Shown here: positions 39,783 to 53,993 of the stretch, piece by piece
Layout of the letters: the number at the start of each line of letters is the position of its first letter
Position numbering within the stretch: position 1 is the stretch's first letter
Assembly: GCF_001194135.2 (NCBI RefSeq)
Contig: NC_068987.1
Span: 577,939-631,981 of the forward strand
Origin: Octopus bimaculoides
Taxonomy: Eukaryota
Direction of reading: 5' to 3'
Length of the DNA stretch: 54,043 bases
Position numbers and translations under genes: made by a program
Notes under the pieces: generated by a model
The model's database searches: none
Seen by the model: only the letters and a program-made list of their open reading frames with translations
Told to the model about the DNA's origin: nothing

Positions 39783-40085
39783 GGTGACCTCCGTCGGTTA
39801 CGACGACGAGGGTCCCAGCTGATACGATCAACGGAACAATCTGCTCATGAAATTAACGTGCAAGTGGCTGAGCACTCCACAGACACGTGTACCCCTTAAC
39901 GTAGTTCTCGGGGGGATTCAGCATAACACAGTGTGTGACAAGGCTGGCCCTTTGAAATACAGGTAGTCCTCATTTTTGCCAGCCAGCTGAGTGGACTGGA
40001 GCAACATGGAAGTAAAGTGTCTTGCTCAAGGACACAACGCGTCGCCGGGAATTGAACTCACGACCTTACGATCGTGAGCCGAATG
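39783..40085 (-). mobile_element. SINE family B copy (CORE-like domain)
   Basis: Minus strand GTGAGTTCAATTCCCGGCGACGCGTTGTGTCCTTGAGCAAGACACTTTAC..TTGCTCCAGTCCACTCAGCTGG. TGTCCTTGAGCAAGACACTT resembles the CORE domain. Confidence 0.88.
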
Positions 40086-40303
40086 AAAACATGTCTCTTC
40101 AAATATATNNNNNNNNNNNNNNNNNNNNNNNNNNNNNNNNNNNNNNNNNNNNNNNNNNNNNNNNNNNNNNNNNNNNNNNNNNNNNNNNNNNNNNNNNNNN
40201 NNNNNNNNNNNNNNNNNNNNNNNNNNNNNNNNNNNNNNNNNNNNNNNNNNNNNNNNNNNNNNNNNNNNNNNNNNNNNNNNNNNNATATATATATATATAT
40301 ATA

Positions 40304-40556
40304 GGTGAAGATAGTGCCAATTATCGTTGGGTCCCTAGGAACAGTATCAGAAGGCAACTAGAGGAATATAAAGGAAATTGGAATAGAGTCCCCAGTAGAA
40401 CTGTTACGAAAGGTTAGCCTCCTTGGCACGGTCAGAAGAATCAGGAAAGTATTAGGTAGCTGAAAAGTACAAATAGCATGGTACTGTAGGCTGCAGGTAG
40501 CAAGCCCGCTACGCGTGTTAGACTCCAGGAGCTCCAACAAAACCTGTTATAAGGAG
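40304..40556 (+). mobile_element. R4/Dong-type LINE 3' end
   Basis: VKIVPIIVGSLGTV..IKEIGIESPVELLRKVSLLGTVRRIRKVLGS*, then a short UTR ending in (GAT)n/(TAA)n. Confidence 0.8.
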
Positions 40557-41609
40557 ATGATGATGATGATGATGATGATAATACTAATACTAATAATAGT
40601 AATGATGATAATAAATGTAATAAAAATAAACGTTATAATAATAATAATAATAACAATGATGATTGTAATATATCTAAGCACACACACGCGCGCACACAAC
40701 TACACACACATGCACCATGTGCATGTGAATATGCAGCAAAGATGATAGCAGTTCATTTTAGTCGAAAAATTCAATTTATTCAGTTAAAACAACAACATGT
40801 AGCAAACGTCCATCAATGATTTGTTGTAACATAATTTAACAAATAGTGACATGTAACAAAATTGATTAATTATTTTCTGTGGCGTAATTAGCAAAAATAT
40901 TTGCATCATTTAGTGACATTGATTAATTATTCAGTGTTGCATAATTAGCAAAAATGGCGGTATTATGGTGTGACATTAATGGAGGATTTATTTTTGTTTT
41001 GTTGTTTAATGTAGCATAATTAGTCGCGAGATTTCTCTGTCATCTATAGAATGAAATTAATGTGGCTTGCTTTACATTCACCCCTCTAGTATATATATAT
41101 ATATATATATATNNNNNNNNNNNNNNNNNNNNNNNNNNNNNNNNNNNNNNNNNNNNNNNNNNNNNNNNNNNNNNNNNNNNNNNNNNNNNNNNNNNNNNNN
41201 NNNNNNNNNNNNNNNNNNNNNNNNNNNNNNNNNNNNNNNNNNNNNNNNNNNNNNNNNNNNNNNNNNNNNNNNNNNNNNNNNNNNNNNNNNNNNNNNNNNN
41301 NNNNNNNNNNNNNNNNNNNNNNNNNNNNNNNNNNNNNNNNNNNNNNNNNNNNNNNNNNNNNNNNNNNNNNNNNNNNNNNNNNNNNNNNNNNNNNNNNNNN
41401 NNNNNNNNNNNNNNNNNNNNNNNNNNNNNNNNNNNNNNNNNNNNNNNNNNNNNNNNNNNNNNNNNNNNNNNNNNNNNNNNNNNNNNNNNNNNNNNNNNNN
41501 NNNNNNNNNNNNNNNNNNNNNNNNNNNNNNNNATATATATATATATATATATATATACATATGTATATATATATATATATGCATGTATGTATGTATATAA
41601 CATAGTATG

Positions 41610-41950
41610 ACGGTGTCGACCAGACCGTCAGACGCTCTTATGCACCGCTGGTCACAATGAGATTCCAATTTCGTCTTGGATAGCACACGGTAACTGCTCG
41701 GCTCCAGTGAACCTTGCAACATGTCCAGCCCTGCGGAATGTGCGCTTTCGGAATCCTGCGATCACATCAAATGGTTCTGCACAGGAACCTAGCCTGCTGG
41801 CTCTGGTCACCGAATGGTGAGATCGAGAAAGTCCAAGCCTGGAACGTGGGCTAGTATTGATCACGGGGCAGCAGCGACTTCAAATCCATCAAAACAAAGA
41901 TCCTAATCTGAATTTCTTGGACCGCGTGACTGGATGGTCTTTGAAAGAAC
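41610..41950 (-). mobile_element. RTE-clade LINE C-terminal/3' remnant
   Basis: EPFDVIAGFRKRTFRRAGHVARFTG matches the RWAGHVAR motif of RTE ORF C-termini. Confidence 0.7.
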
Positions 41951-42410
41951 TTAAGCGTCATAGGTGCCACGAAGCGAGATTGAACCCGAAAGAGTATGCC
42001 TGCAAAGCGAGAATTTTAACCCCACAACCATGTTTGATACATTTTCATCTCGCTGTCGACTTGTAGAGCGTTCGATTCAAAAGCCAACAGCAATTGAATA
42101 TGTTAAGGAAATCTATAAAATATCAAAATGGTGTGAACGGAAATATATTCTGGAAACATTTCTACTGATTGACTTCCCAGATTCCGTGTGAGACAATCTC
42201 AGTATTGCCAAGTTTCCTTATTCACACGCATACACTAACATTTACGCATATGCAGACACACACACACACCGAGCAAGACAAAAAAAAGATCTATAGAAGC
42301 ACCAGTAACACTTTTACTAGTCTCTATGGTTTGGACGAATAAAAGTGTAAAAGACTGCACACATATACATACATAGACACACACGCACTCATACAGACAC
42401 ACACACACAT

Positions 42411-42471
<61 letters not shown>

Positions 42472-42836
42472 TACTTAAATAGGCTTCGGCCAGAATTGTC
42501 ACAGGCCTCAATTTATAGGGTCAGCCGGAAAAGACATTTAACGATGTTTCATATTAAAGTCATTCTTTGGAACTCCGTTCGAGTAAAAAGTTTTTGGTGG
42601 TAGGGGTATGTCTGGGTGGAGGGCGTTTATCTGGAATTTGTTGGGGATATTCGTACATGATCCGTTTGAAAGTTATGAGACTTTTTCTTCTCTTATGTGT
42701 CTTCGCATGGTGTTAAAGAGAGCAAAGCTAGTTGTTACACATCACATTTGTATACACAAGAATAAATATATACGTTTACTATCCTCATAGATGTGTGTGC
42801 GTGTGTACGCATACAGATACGTATTTTTTTAAATAA

Positions 42837-42884
<48 letters not shown>

Positions 42885-43645
42885 NNNNNNNNNNNNNNNN
42901 NNNNNNNNNNNNNNNNNNNNNNNNNNNNNNNNNNNNNNNNNNNNNNNNNNNNNNNNNNNNNNNNNNNNNNNNNNNNNNNNNNNNNNNNNNNNNNNNNNNN
43001 NNNNNNNNNNNNNNNNNNNNNNNNNNNNNNNNNNNNNNNNNNNNNNNNNNNNNNNNNNNNNNNNNNNNNNNNNNNNNNNNNNNNNNNNNNNNNNNNNNNN
43101 NNNNNNNNNNNNNNNNNNNNNNNNNNNNNNNNNNNNNNNNNNNNNNNNNNNNNNNNNNNNNNNNNNNNNNNNNNNNNNNNNNNNNNNNNNNNNNNNNNNN
43201 NNNNNNNNNNNNNNNNNNNNNNNNNNNNNNNNNNNNNNNNNNNNNNNNNNNNNNNNNNNNNNNNNNNNNNNNNNNNNNNNNNNNNNNNNNNNNNNNNNNN
43301 NNNNNNNNNNNNNNNNNNNNNNNNNNNNNNNNNNNNNNNNNNNNNNNNNNNNNNNNNNNNNNNNNNNNNNNNNNNNNNNNNNNNNNNNNNNNNNNNNNNN
43401 NNNNNNNNNNNNNNNNNNNNNNNNNNNNNNNNNNNNNNNNNNNNNNNNNNNNNNNNNNNNNNNNNNNNNNNNNNNNNNNNNNNNNNNNNNNNNNNNNNNN
43501 NNNNNNNNNNNNNNNNNNNNNNNNNNNNNNNNNNNNNNNNNNNNNNNNNNNNNNNNNNNNNNNNNNNNNNNNNNNNNNNNNNNNNNNNNNNNNNNNNNNN
43601 NNNNNNNNNNNNNNNNNNNNNNNNNNNNNNNNNNNNNNNNNNNNN

Positions 43646-43691
<46 letters not shown>

Positions 43692-44094
43692 ATATATGTG
43701 TATTGCGTGTAAATATATACGCACTCATTCGTACCTAAAGATAATACACACAGGCTACGCATATACCACTGTTTATTTATATATATCTATACACATGCAC
43801 ATGTATAGGTTCCTGATAGATATATATGTACGTATGAAGGTATACATACACGCACACACACATGTATGTATGTATATACGTAAATAAACATACATGTGTT
43901 TATATATTTATTCATAGATTTATATCTGTATATATGTATATACGTTTCTATATGCATATGTATCTATATTGATGCATCCTTGCACACACTCACACACATA
44001 TATACATATATGTATATATGTGTGTATGTTTGTATGTCTACATATATATATGTGTGTGTGTGTGTATGTATATGTATGTGTATATTTACATACA

Positions 44095-44159
<65 letters not shown>

Positions 44160-44380
44160 ATACATACGTGTATGTTATGTGTGTCTACTTTATTGTTTAG
44201 ATGAAGTTTATTTATTTCGCCCTTCCCCCCTCACCTCACTTTTCACTCCATTCACCAACCACAAATGGAGACTATCGCAACACCTTTCAATATGTTCATT
44301 AGAAAGATTCTCTTCAGTCACAACTCATGTCAAACAAACCACTCGAACATCATCATCATCATCATTATTATTATTGTTGC

Positions 44381-44451
<71 letters not shown>

Positions 44452-45361
44452 CTAATTACTTGACTTTCTGCAAGACCTCCACATTGACAATACTCATTAT
44501 TTCCAGCTAAACACTGTGCTTACTAAACGATTTGGCCCCCTTCACATCACTCTGTCTCTTCCCCTTGTGTTTACGATCACAGGGTCTGTAGCGTTAAATT
44601 TTGGGTTCGATATCCGGAATAGCAGTGCGTTGTTGTCTTGTGCAAAACCATACCTTCCCTCCCCCCTCTCTCTCTTTGTTTGTTTGTATGTGTGTATGTA
44701 TATATTCAGTAATTCCTCGTCTATCGCGTGTTGTATTTCCAAAACCCCACACTATAGATGAAAATCTGTAAAGTAGAAACAGTAATGTACTGTATATATT
44801 TTAAAAAATTATTTTCTAATTTGTATATATTTATTTTATTATAAATGCAAAACAATACGACGGAGGAATCGACGTAAAGTGGAATAATAAACCGCAATAG
44901 GTGAACCGTGATACGTAAACCGCCGTATGGCGAGGGATTACTATATATATATAATTTACACACACACAGAGTCACACACAAGAGTGATGTGTGTGCTGTA
45001 AGATAACCTAGGATCGCACAACAATCTGTGTGCTGTAGAACTGCTAAATGAAAGATGCTGTGGGTATCGACAGCAACTAAATAATCAACTTGGTTGCCAT
45101 ATTCGGATTGAAAGACATTGTTAATGTGTGTCCAAAATGAGACAAAGCAAGGTCAGCGACTGCAGTGTCCAAGACGTCCATGGCCTGATCGTGGTGGGGA
45201 GACTGTGTCTTTCCTTGTCCTTCTGTCATCACTGAAGGTTGATAGTGTTGTTGGATTGGTGTTGCTGTCGTTGTTCTTGGTGGTGGTCCCTTCCAGGAAA
45301 ACTCCGCAACTCTACAGGCCAACGAGGGAACTTTTCAGTCAGCAAGATATAGCAGCCAAAA

Positions 45362-45427
<66 letters not shown>

Positions 45428-45843
45428 CCATTTGCGAAAGAAGTCGTTGGAAAGTGCTCCTAGGTTATTTGCATATATGAAAAAGATAGGGTGGTCACAT
45501 TTGGAAAGACTTCGACGATATTGCTGAACTAGAGCTAATCGACAATATCATCATCGCTATTAACAAAAACAACAACACTACTCTTGGTCTTGAGACAAAT
45601 ACAGACATAGAAAGCGGAAAGAAGGCTGGCGGAGGCGGTGATGCGGCGGCGGCGATGCTGAATGCCGACTGTTTACCTGAAATGGTGATAGATTATTCCT
45701 ACATTAATAACATTTACCTAACCATATAAAACTGTGGTTAGAAGCGATATCGGCTACTTATGTTATTACCTGCAGCACTGTGTGGACAGTCATATATACA
45801 CACGTCTACACATAAATGTATACACAAAAATATACATATCTGC

Positions 45844-45881
<38 letters not shown>

Positions 45882-45941
45882 TACATACATACGCTTACAT
45901 ACGTATATGTTCATACACACAGACACACACATATACGTACA

Positions 45942-45976
<35 letters not shown>

Positions 45977-46337
45977 TTACACACACACACATATATATAC
46001 ATGTATACATATAAATATATATATACACACATAAATACATATACATATGCACTTACATAAATGTAAACATATATGCATTCAGACATACACACATATAGAA
46101 TATACACATAAACACACACATGCATACGTACATAGTTTCGTACCTAGATGCATACATACATTCATAATATACTTACATACGTACATACCTGTATGTATGT
46201 CGTTACGTTTAAAGTAGCATAAAGCAAATGGCGTCGTGGTTAAACAGGAGATAACTCAGTGATCCTGAAGATTCAGTTTCGATTACACAGCATAGCGTTT
46301 TGGACGAGTATCTTTTATCACAGCCCATAAACACACG

Positions 46338-46422
<85 letters not shown>

Positions 46423-47059
46423 ACCAATTATGCGTGTGTGTATGTATGTATACACAGGAAAATTGTTTACACAGGGAAGGAAAAAGAGAGGTTCCGGATG
46501 AAGACATACATTCGCGGCGGTGGAAGAAATGAAAACGATGGCATTGTTTTAAGAAGAGTTTACACGAAAAGACGGGGGAAAGACGGACTCTGACGCGTTC
46601 CACATTTTCCAAGGTTTGTACCATTCGTGACGCCCCCACCGGTCTCCTATTCATCAGTGGACCTCGTGCACGAAGTGTATTCACCCAACGTAAATCCCAA
46701 CGACTGGGATTTCGGTAAATGTTGAAGTGGCGCCGAAACTCACGCTGGACTTCATATAATGAGATAATACAGTCCTATATAGTACTCTAAATACACGATG
46801 GTCATGGCTGGGAAGACTTTTATTAAAGGTTTGGTCTATGAGAGTAGACCTAGGGCTAAAACAACAACAACGACGACGACGACGACGACGACAAACGTCA
46901 ATGACAGCCTCACATTCAAGGAAAATGTGCGTCGGTTTGAGACAGCGTAACTTGTTCCATAAACGACGGACATGTTGGCTGATGTAGTAATAAATGTAAT
47001 ACAATAATATGGGTGGCCACGGTAGGAACACGCTTGGCCACAAGTTTCTTTGATGAAGG

Positions 47060-47340
47060 CTAAATGAACAACAAAAACATACTAAAAACACATCACGACA
47101 ATACACACCACATCAAGCTACAACACGTACTACAACACCAAATTATATTTTACACTCCACACTGTAACACAGCACATAAATAGTGGACAACACACGAAAC
47201 TACATCCCTCACCACTACATATTCTGCACAATCACCACAACACACTAACACACAACACATACCTTTCCAAGACACACCGCTCTGCACTACGTACCAAGCT
47301 ACAATATCTTAAAGCTGTCAGATCTCCATATTTCATCTAA
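47060..47340 (+). mobile_element. Possible L2/CR1-like LINE C-terminal remnant
   Basis: A/C-rich coding-like strand with NILKLSDLHI, resembling the xILKLxDL motif found after the RT domain. Confidence 0.3.
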
Positions 47341-47429
47341 ATCTATGTATGCGTTTCTATGTAACATGTTTCTAACAACAACAACAACAACAGCGCTGCA
47401 GCTGCTGTTGCTGCTGCCGCCCCTCCTCG

Positions 47430-47475
<46 letters not shown>

Positions 47476-47576
47476 GGTGCTGCTGCTGCTGCTGCAATAA
47501 AAAATACCTCAACACATTGTAATAACAATAACAATAACACCAGTGACAATAGTAAAACCAACAAAATTAATGACGA

Positions 47577-47625
<49 letters not shown>

Positions 47626-47942
47626 AATGTATGTATGTATATATATATATATATANNNNNNNNNNNNNNNNNNNNNNNNNNNNNNNNNNNNNNNNNNNNN
47701 NNNNNNNNNNNNNNNNNNNNNNNNNNNNNNNNNNNNNNNNNNNNNNNNNNNNNNNNNNNNNNNNNNNNNNNNNNNNNNNNNNNNNNNNNNNNNNNNNNNN
47801 NNNNNNNNNNNNNNNNNNNNNNNNNNNTATATATATATATATATATATACATACTTATATATATCTATACACACACACACACACATATATATTCAAAATA
47901 TATGCATATACATAGGTTCATTCATACGTATACATATTATGT

Positions 47943-47988
<46 letters not shown>

Positions 47989-48475
47989 TCACACACGTAC
48001 GCACACACATACATACGTACTGGTGAAAAATTTCTTTGTTATTCCACAAATAAGACAGAATGCAAAAAAAATATCAGTTTATACACACACACACACACAC
48101 ACAAACACACCCACACACACACACACACACACATGCATATATGTATGTATGTATGTATCTTCTATGTGTGTGTATGATGAAAAAAAAAAGCCTTCTCTTT
48201 GAAGTGTAAAAAGGAAAATATATACATTAAGAAATGGGAAAATATAAATAAAAATATACAGAAAACAAATAAGCTAAAGAATAAAGCCACACTCTTAAGA
48301 AATGAAGTAATATAAGGTGGAAGGGGGTGGGGTGGGAGGTGGGGGTGGATATGTGAAAACAAAGGAAATATTAAGGAAATATATAGACAGGCGCTCACAC
48401 ACACACTCACACATATCGCCATCACCACACATACACATAATTAATACTCTATACGTGTTGAGTATTTCATATGTG

Positions 48476-48518
<43 letters not shown>

Positions 48519-49267
48519 CTGCTGTGTATGTGTGCGTGTACGTACAAGCATATATATATATATCTATATGTATACATATATATTTAATATACGGTTACAA
48601 GGAAAAAATTGATAGTAACTTCGAAGTCTCAGTTTGCTTTCGCTAGACTGTCACACACATATACACACAAACATACACACACATACATACGCAATACACA
48701 CGCACTCACGCATACACGTACACACACATACACACACGCACACATACATATATATACATATATATATATATATACATACATCATACATAAATGTATACAT
48801 CCAAAAATTTTGTGTATATATATACATCAGCTCTCCACCTATATATATATATANNNNNNNNNNNNNNNNNNNNNNNNNNNNNNNNNNNNNNNNNNNNNNN
48901 NNNNNNNNNNNNNNNNNNNNNNNNNNNNNNNNNNNNNNNNNNNNNNNNNNNNNNNNNNNNNNNNNNNNNNNNNNNNNNNNNNNNNNNNNNNNNNNNNNNN
49001 NNNNNNNNNNNNNNNNNNNNNNNNNNNNNNNNNNNNNNNNNNNNNNNNNNNNNNNNNNNNNNNNNNNNNNNNNNNNNNNNNNNNNNNNNNNNNNNNNNNN
49101 NNNNNNNNNNNNNNNNNNNNNNNNNNNNNNNNNNNNNNNNNNNNNNNNNNNNNNNNNNNNNNNNNNNNNNNNNNNNNNNNNNNNNNNNNNNNNNNNNNNN
49201 NNNNNNNNNNNNNNNNNNNNNNNNNNNNNNNNNNNNNNNNNNACACGTGCACACACATACACACACA

Positions 49268-49309
<42 letters not shown>

Positions 49310-49379
49310 CTCACTCATCTTAGATTAAAACTGGAGATTTGGTTGCAAAATTTCTTATTACATCATAAAATGGGGAAAA

Positions 49380-50403
49380 GAAAGAAATGATTGAATAAAA
49401 AGAGTGTGAGGGGGAGGAGAAAGAAAGCGAGTGAGAGGATGAGAGAGGGAGAGTGAGAAAGAGAGAAAAAGAAAGAAAGAAGGAATGAGAAAAGGGAAAG
49501 AAGGCGAAAGAAAAAGGAAGAAAGAAGGAGAAAGATAAAAAAAATGTGGCGGGGAATGAAAAGATGATAAGAGTATAATCGTGAGAAGTGGAGTGAAGGT
49601 GTCGCTAGTGTTTCAGGGGAACCAAGCGAAGCGCAGTGAAACGATGTCGAACAGTGCCAAGCACCGAGATGTGATTTCTACCATTTGACAAAACCACAAC
49701 AACAAGAACAACATTGGGTTTTCAATCGATCGCTCTCCTCCCTCCCCTTTGCTTAGTTTAACATCTCTCTCTCCGTCTCTAACCATGTCCTCCTCTCTCC
49801 TTCTCACTGTTTCCTTTTCTCTCTTTCCTCCTCCTCCTCCTCCTCCCCCTCTCTCTACAGCTATCTTTATACCCAGGTCTTTGCAAACGCTTTCTTGATC
49901 CTTTTCCTTTCTTTCCTCGGTCATTTTCCATTTCTTCCTATCTTTTTGGACATCGATTTTGCTTTCTTTCTACCCCACCTCCCTCTCTCCCTCTCTCTCA
50001 GCATATCTTCCCCCGTTATTCTCTCTCTCTCTCTCTCTCTCACACTATCCTCTCACCCAAATCCTTCATAATTTCCTCCTCCCTAAACGTCTCTCTCTAT
50101 CCACCCTCTTTCTTTCTTTCTCTCTTCGTCGCATTATTTACCGATTCTCCTTTCTAAATCATTCGAAATCACTCCCTCTCTTGACTCTCTTTTTACCTCG
50201 ATAATCCTAATCCTTCGTCATTTTCTCAAACGACATCTTCCTAAGTCACTCTCCCCCACAAACATTCTCTCTCCGCCTCTAAACTCTCTTTTCCTCTTCT
50301 TCACTCCATATCTTCCTTTCTGAAGCCAACTCCCTTCACATCTCTCTCACTTACTCTTCCTCTCCGTCATTCTTTTAATGCAACAACATTTCCTCTACAT
50401 AAT

Positions 50404-50436
<33 letters not shown>

Positions 50437-50520
50437 AAAGTCCAACCCTTTCATTCTCTCTGTCTCTATTCGATAAATCTCACCACCTCTTCTCTTTCTA
50501 GTTAGATTCTTTTAAATAGC
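49380..50520. repeat. Purine-rich tract followed by a long pyrimidine-rich (CT-rich) tract
   Basis: 49380-49560 is almost all A/G; about 49730-50500 is strongly C/T. Confidence 0.85.
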
Positions 50521-50953
50521 CGTAAACACTCTTTTTTAAATTTCAGATCTATCTATCTATCTGTCTGTCTGTCTGTCTGCTTGCCTGTCTGTCTGTCTGT
50601 CTATCTATAACCAATATATATACATATGAAGACGCAGACGTGTGCGCAGATAAGGATACACACCATAGAAAGACAAAATGGGTTAAACAGAAAAGGAGGA
50701 GACACGTGGGATGGAAGTGTCGCTGAAGAGGTGACGAGTGTATGACGAAAGATTTCCATACAATGGACATTAGATAAAATAAGAACAATAATAAACGAGT
50801 GAAGAACGAATATATAGTGCGTGTGTTTGCTTGGTAATACAAAAATATGACCGTCCCGAAATATATAGTTTTCAAAGTGACACACAGTCACGTTGAAAAT
50901 AATATATTTCGAACAAGAGTTTAACAGCACCACCTGTAGCCGAACAATTATTC

Positions 50954-50994
50954 TATGCTGATGAAGGGAAATAACCCAGAAATCGCGATACACA
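50954..50994 (+). ncRNA. Minimal type I hammerhead ribozyme motif (HHR-4), same stem II as HHR-1
   Basis: TATG-CTGATGA-AGGG-AAATAA-CCCA-GAAA-T-CGCG-A-TA-CACA. Core intact; one mismatch each in stem I and stem II. Confidence 0.65.
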
Positions 50995-51279
50995 TATTGT
51001 TTTGTGGTGAGTGGGGATGCTAAACTCCCTTGTTCCAAAATATAAGGACACAGATAGTGTGTCGTATAGCCAGATGGAGACTATATTTCCTAGGGCTAAA
51101 TGACAGTAACATTCGTTTTCAGGCCAACTGAAATCTACTGCGGTACATACTTTGTCTTGTTCCAAACAACGATATCTGGACTGTTATGTGGGGACTTATC
51201 AAATGCTTATGTCTGTATATTAACCCTGGAACGATTTGTATTTCGGATGGTATATTGTTTTGGCGATGTCATGTTGCAT

Positions 51280-51720
51280 TAGGAGGTAGAAACTTGATGA
51301 CATTTTTGGACATCTTTTGGTCACATGTGTGTTGTCTGCATAGAAATATGACATAATCGACATAGCCAGCTGTATCTTGGGTCTCCAAGGGCTTCCCTGT
51401 CTCCCATGCTTATAAGGTACCTTGAATATATATTTTGGATTAAAAATGTAAAGCACTACGATGTCTAATGTGATGTGGGTTTGAGTCCAAGTAAGGCTAC
51501 ACTTCATGTCACCACGAGTGCCATCTTCAAGCTTTCGAGCAACATAGTGAGCCATAGTCTGTTCTTTTTTTGTTGTTTTGGTATGCTGAACATCCTCTTC
51601 TGGCTTGAGTTATGTCACAAGCTGTTTTGAGGTTGAATAGGAGGTCACCAACAAGAGGAGAGTTTCCGAGGAGCATACACTGCCGACATGTACGAGGTTG
51701 TTCTCTTCGCTTTTCGGAAT
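51280..51720 (-). mobile_element. Possible LINE remnant (CRE-like?)
   Basis: QTMAHYVARKLEDGTRGD resembles the KLEDGxxRGA motif I recall from CRE-clade elements. Heavily decayed. Confidence 0.25.
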
Positions 51721-52658
51721 TGGACTTTTCTAGAACTTTTGCTGTTGTTTATCAGGTGCTGTGCGAGATATACATAGCTGCGTATGTACGAATGCATACG
51801 TATACGGTATGGAAGCGTGTGTATATGTAAGCATGTACGTACGTATGTACGTATGTATGTATATATGTTTGTACCTATGCACATATGTATAATAAATGTA
51901 CACGTGAATATACGCACATACACGCATGCACATACACGCATGTGCACACATATACACAAACGTACACACAAATATATATACAACAGTTCAGATGCATACA
52001 TACACATACATATGTATAAACTTAAATATATTCATTCGGAGATAAAATTCCGTATCATGTATATATGTGTGTACTTTATATATATGTATGTATGTATGTA
52101 ATGTATGTAATGTATGTATGTATGTATGTATGTATGTATGTATGTGTGTGTGCTATGTATATCCATATCCATATATGTATGCAGGTATTATGTATGTATA
52201 TGTCCATAGACTCATATATTCGTGGCTGAGAGAAACACATGTGTACTGTTGAGGCTTCCATACTTTATATATGCTCTTCTCTCATATTTAACTTATCTTG
52301 TATCTCATATCGTGTAATATTATTAAAATTGTTTCTTCTCTGTCCAGACTAAGATTGCGCGGTACAGAGCATTTGTAGAAGCGAACTAACGCATATCGCT
52401 CGATCGTTCATCTCTCTACGTTGTACTGAGAAGAATATAATAGTGAAGTCAGCCAGCCAGCCAAGATTTGTTTATGGGATTGTTTGAGTTGTTAGAAATA
52501 ACAGCCGAATCTCTCTTGGCCTGTAATAAAATCAAGCAAGTTTTGCATTGCAAAAGTAATATTGGGATATGCCAAGCATGGTCAGCCCCTGCAGAGTGGA
52601 ATTGGTTAAACAGCGAAAGAACGATTAGGATTTTTTGATATAACCAAACATACACAAA

Positions 52659-52707
<49 letters not shown>

Positions 52708-52754
52708 ATTAGGTGCTGCTTAATTGTGTGGGTATATATTATCTAACGTTTTGA

Positions 52755-52822
52755 TTTCAAATTCCGCCGAGGTTAACTTTGCCTTTCATTCTTTCGGGGT
52801 CGATAAATTAAGTACCAGTTGC
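52755..52822 (+). mobile_element. SINE family A fragment
   Basis: TTCAAATTCCGCCGAGGTTAACTTTGCCTTTCATTCTTTCGGGGTCGATAAATTAAGTACCAGTTG. Confidence 0.85.
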
Positions 52823-52865
52823 AAGGCAAAGCCATAAGCGTAATATATATAAACATACATACATA

Positions 52866-53630
52866 CATGACGTTGTAGCTAGGACACTCTATAATAAAAT
52901 CCTTCGGAAGGATAATCCCGTGGATAAAGAAATAAAAAAACCCACAATATGGTAGAAGCCATAGCCACTCAAAATGAAACGGAATGCTGGTGGAATATAC
53001 CAGTGAAGACCTCAATAAAATGTAAACACACCAGACCTGATATAAGGATTTGGGATAGAGAAGAGAAACTGTTAACAGTTGTTGATAACAGCTGCCCAGT
53101 GAATGTTAACATAAAACTGAAGATCAGTGATAAAGAGAACACCTATGCTGAACTATTGAGATATCGGTAGTTACTCTATCCAAGTTACAAGTTCAGGTTT
53201 ATACCTGTAATTATTTCGGCCCTGGGATATGTAACACATTGCCTAAATACCAATCCTGAGAAATTAGGGTTCTCAAAACCAGAAAGGAGAAAGCTAATTC
53301 GAAGACTACAAATCCAATCCATCACTGGAACTGTAAAATCTGTATAAATTTCCAGAAGTTTATCATTTAAATATATATGAGCATGTCTAGATAAGCAAGT
53401 ATATGGATGTGAATACATACATAAAACATACAAATCTGCACATACATACAAACGTACATCTATACATACATCTATACATACATACATACATACATACATA
53501 CATACATACATACATACATACAAAAATACGCAGTTGTTGATGTTGAAATCCCAATGAAAGAACCTTGGATCTAGGTTAGAAACCGGTTATTTCGCTACTG
53601 ACAAGAAATCTTGAAATAAACTGAATAATG
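52866..53630 (+). mobile_element. R4/Dong-type LINE, 5'-truncated: end of Zn-finger, restriction-like endonuclease domain and 3' UTR
   Basis: HDVVARTLYN, WWNIPVKT..HTRPDIRIWDREEK..VVDNSCP..KISDKENTY, FIPVIISALGYV and LQIQSITGTVK. One stop and frameshifts. Flanked by (TACA)n and (CATC)n. Confidence 0.88.
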
Positions 53631-53993
53631 ACTTCCATCCATCCATCCATCCATCCATCCACCCATCCATCCATAAAGATGTATCAGTTAAATTTATATT
53701 CTGAGGTATATTTTTTGGTGAAATAGAAAACTACTCTGATCTTCACCTTTATTTACCTTCAGCTTCTCATGTTATACATCATTCCCTCTCCTACCATTAC
53801 CGACGCTGGGATTATACAAGCAATATTTATACAAGTGATCTTAATTAGGATTTTCATAATACACCAGATGAAATGAAGATAAATCGTAATCTAGAACCGT
53901 CTATCTCTCTATTTAATTATTTATATATTTAGCTCTGCGATCAACATCGAGTCCTACATATGTGTGAGTATATTCATACCATTTCAACATTTC

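Noticed and set aside
47375-47580. Poly-N/A/T homopolymer-encoding tract
   Set aside because: Compound trinucleotide repeats of this kind recur throughout the window in non-coding context.
50722-50760. Possible fifth hammerhead CTGAAGA..GAAA
   Set aside because: Stem II is poorly paired and there is no U at position 16.1 to close helix III.
53545-53592. CCAATGA..AACC/GGTT..GAAACCGGTT in the LINE 3' UTR
   Set aside because: Two core mismatches and a helix III geometry that does not fit.
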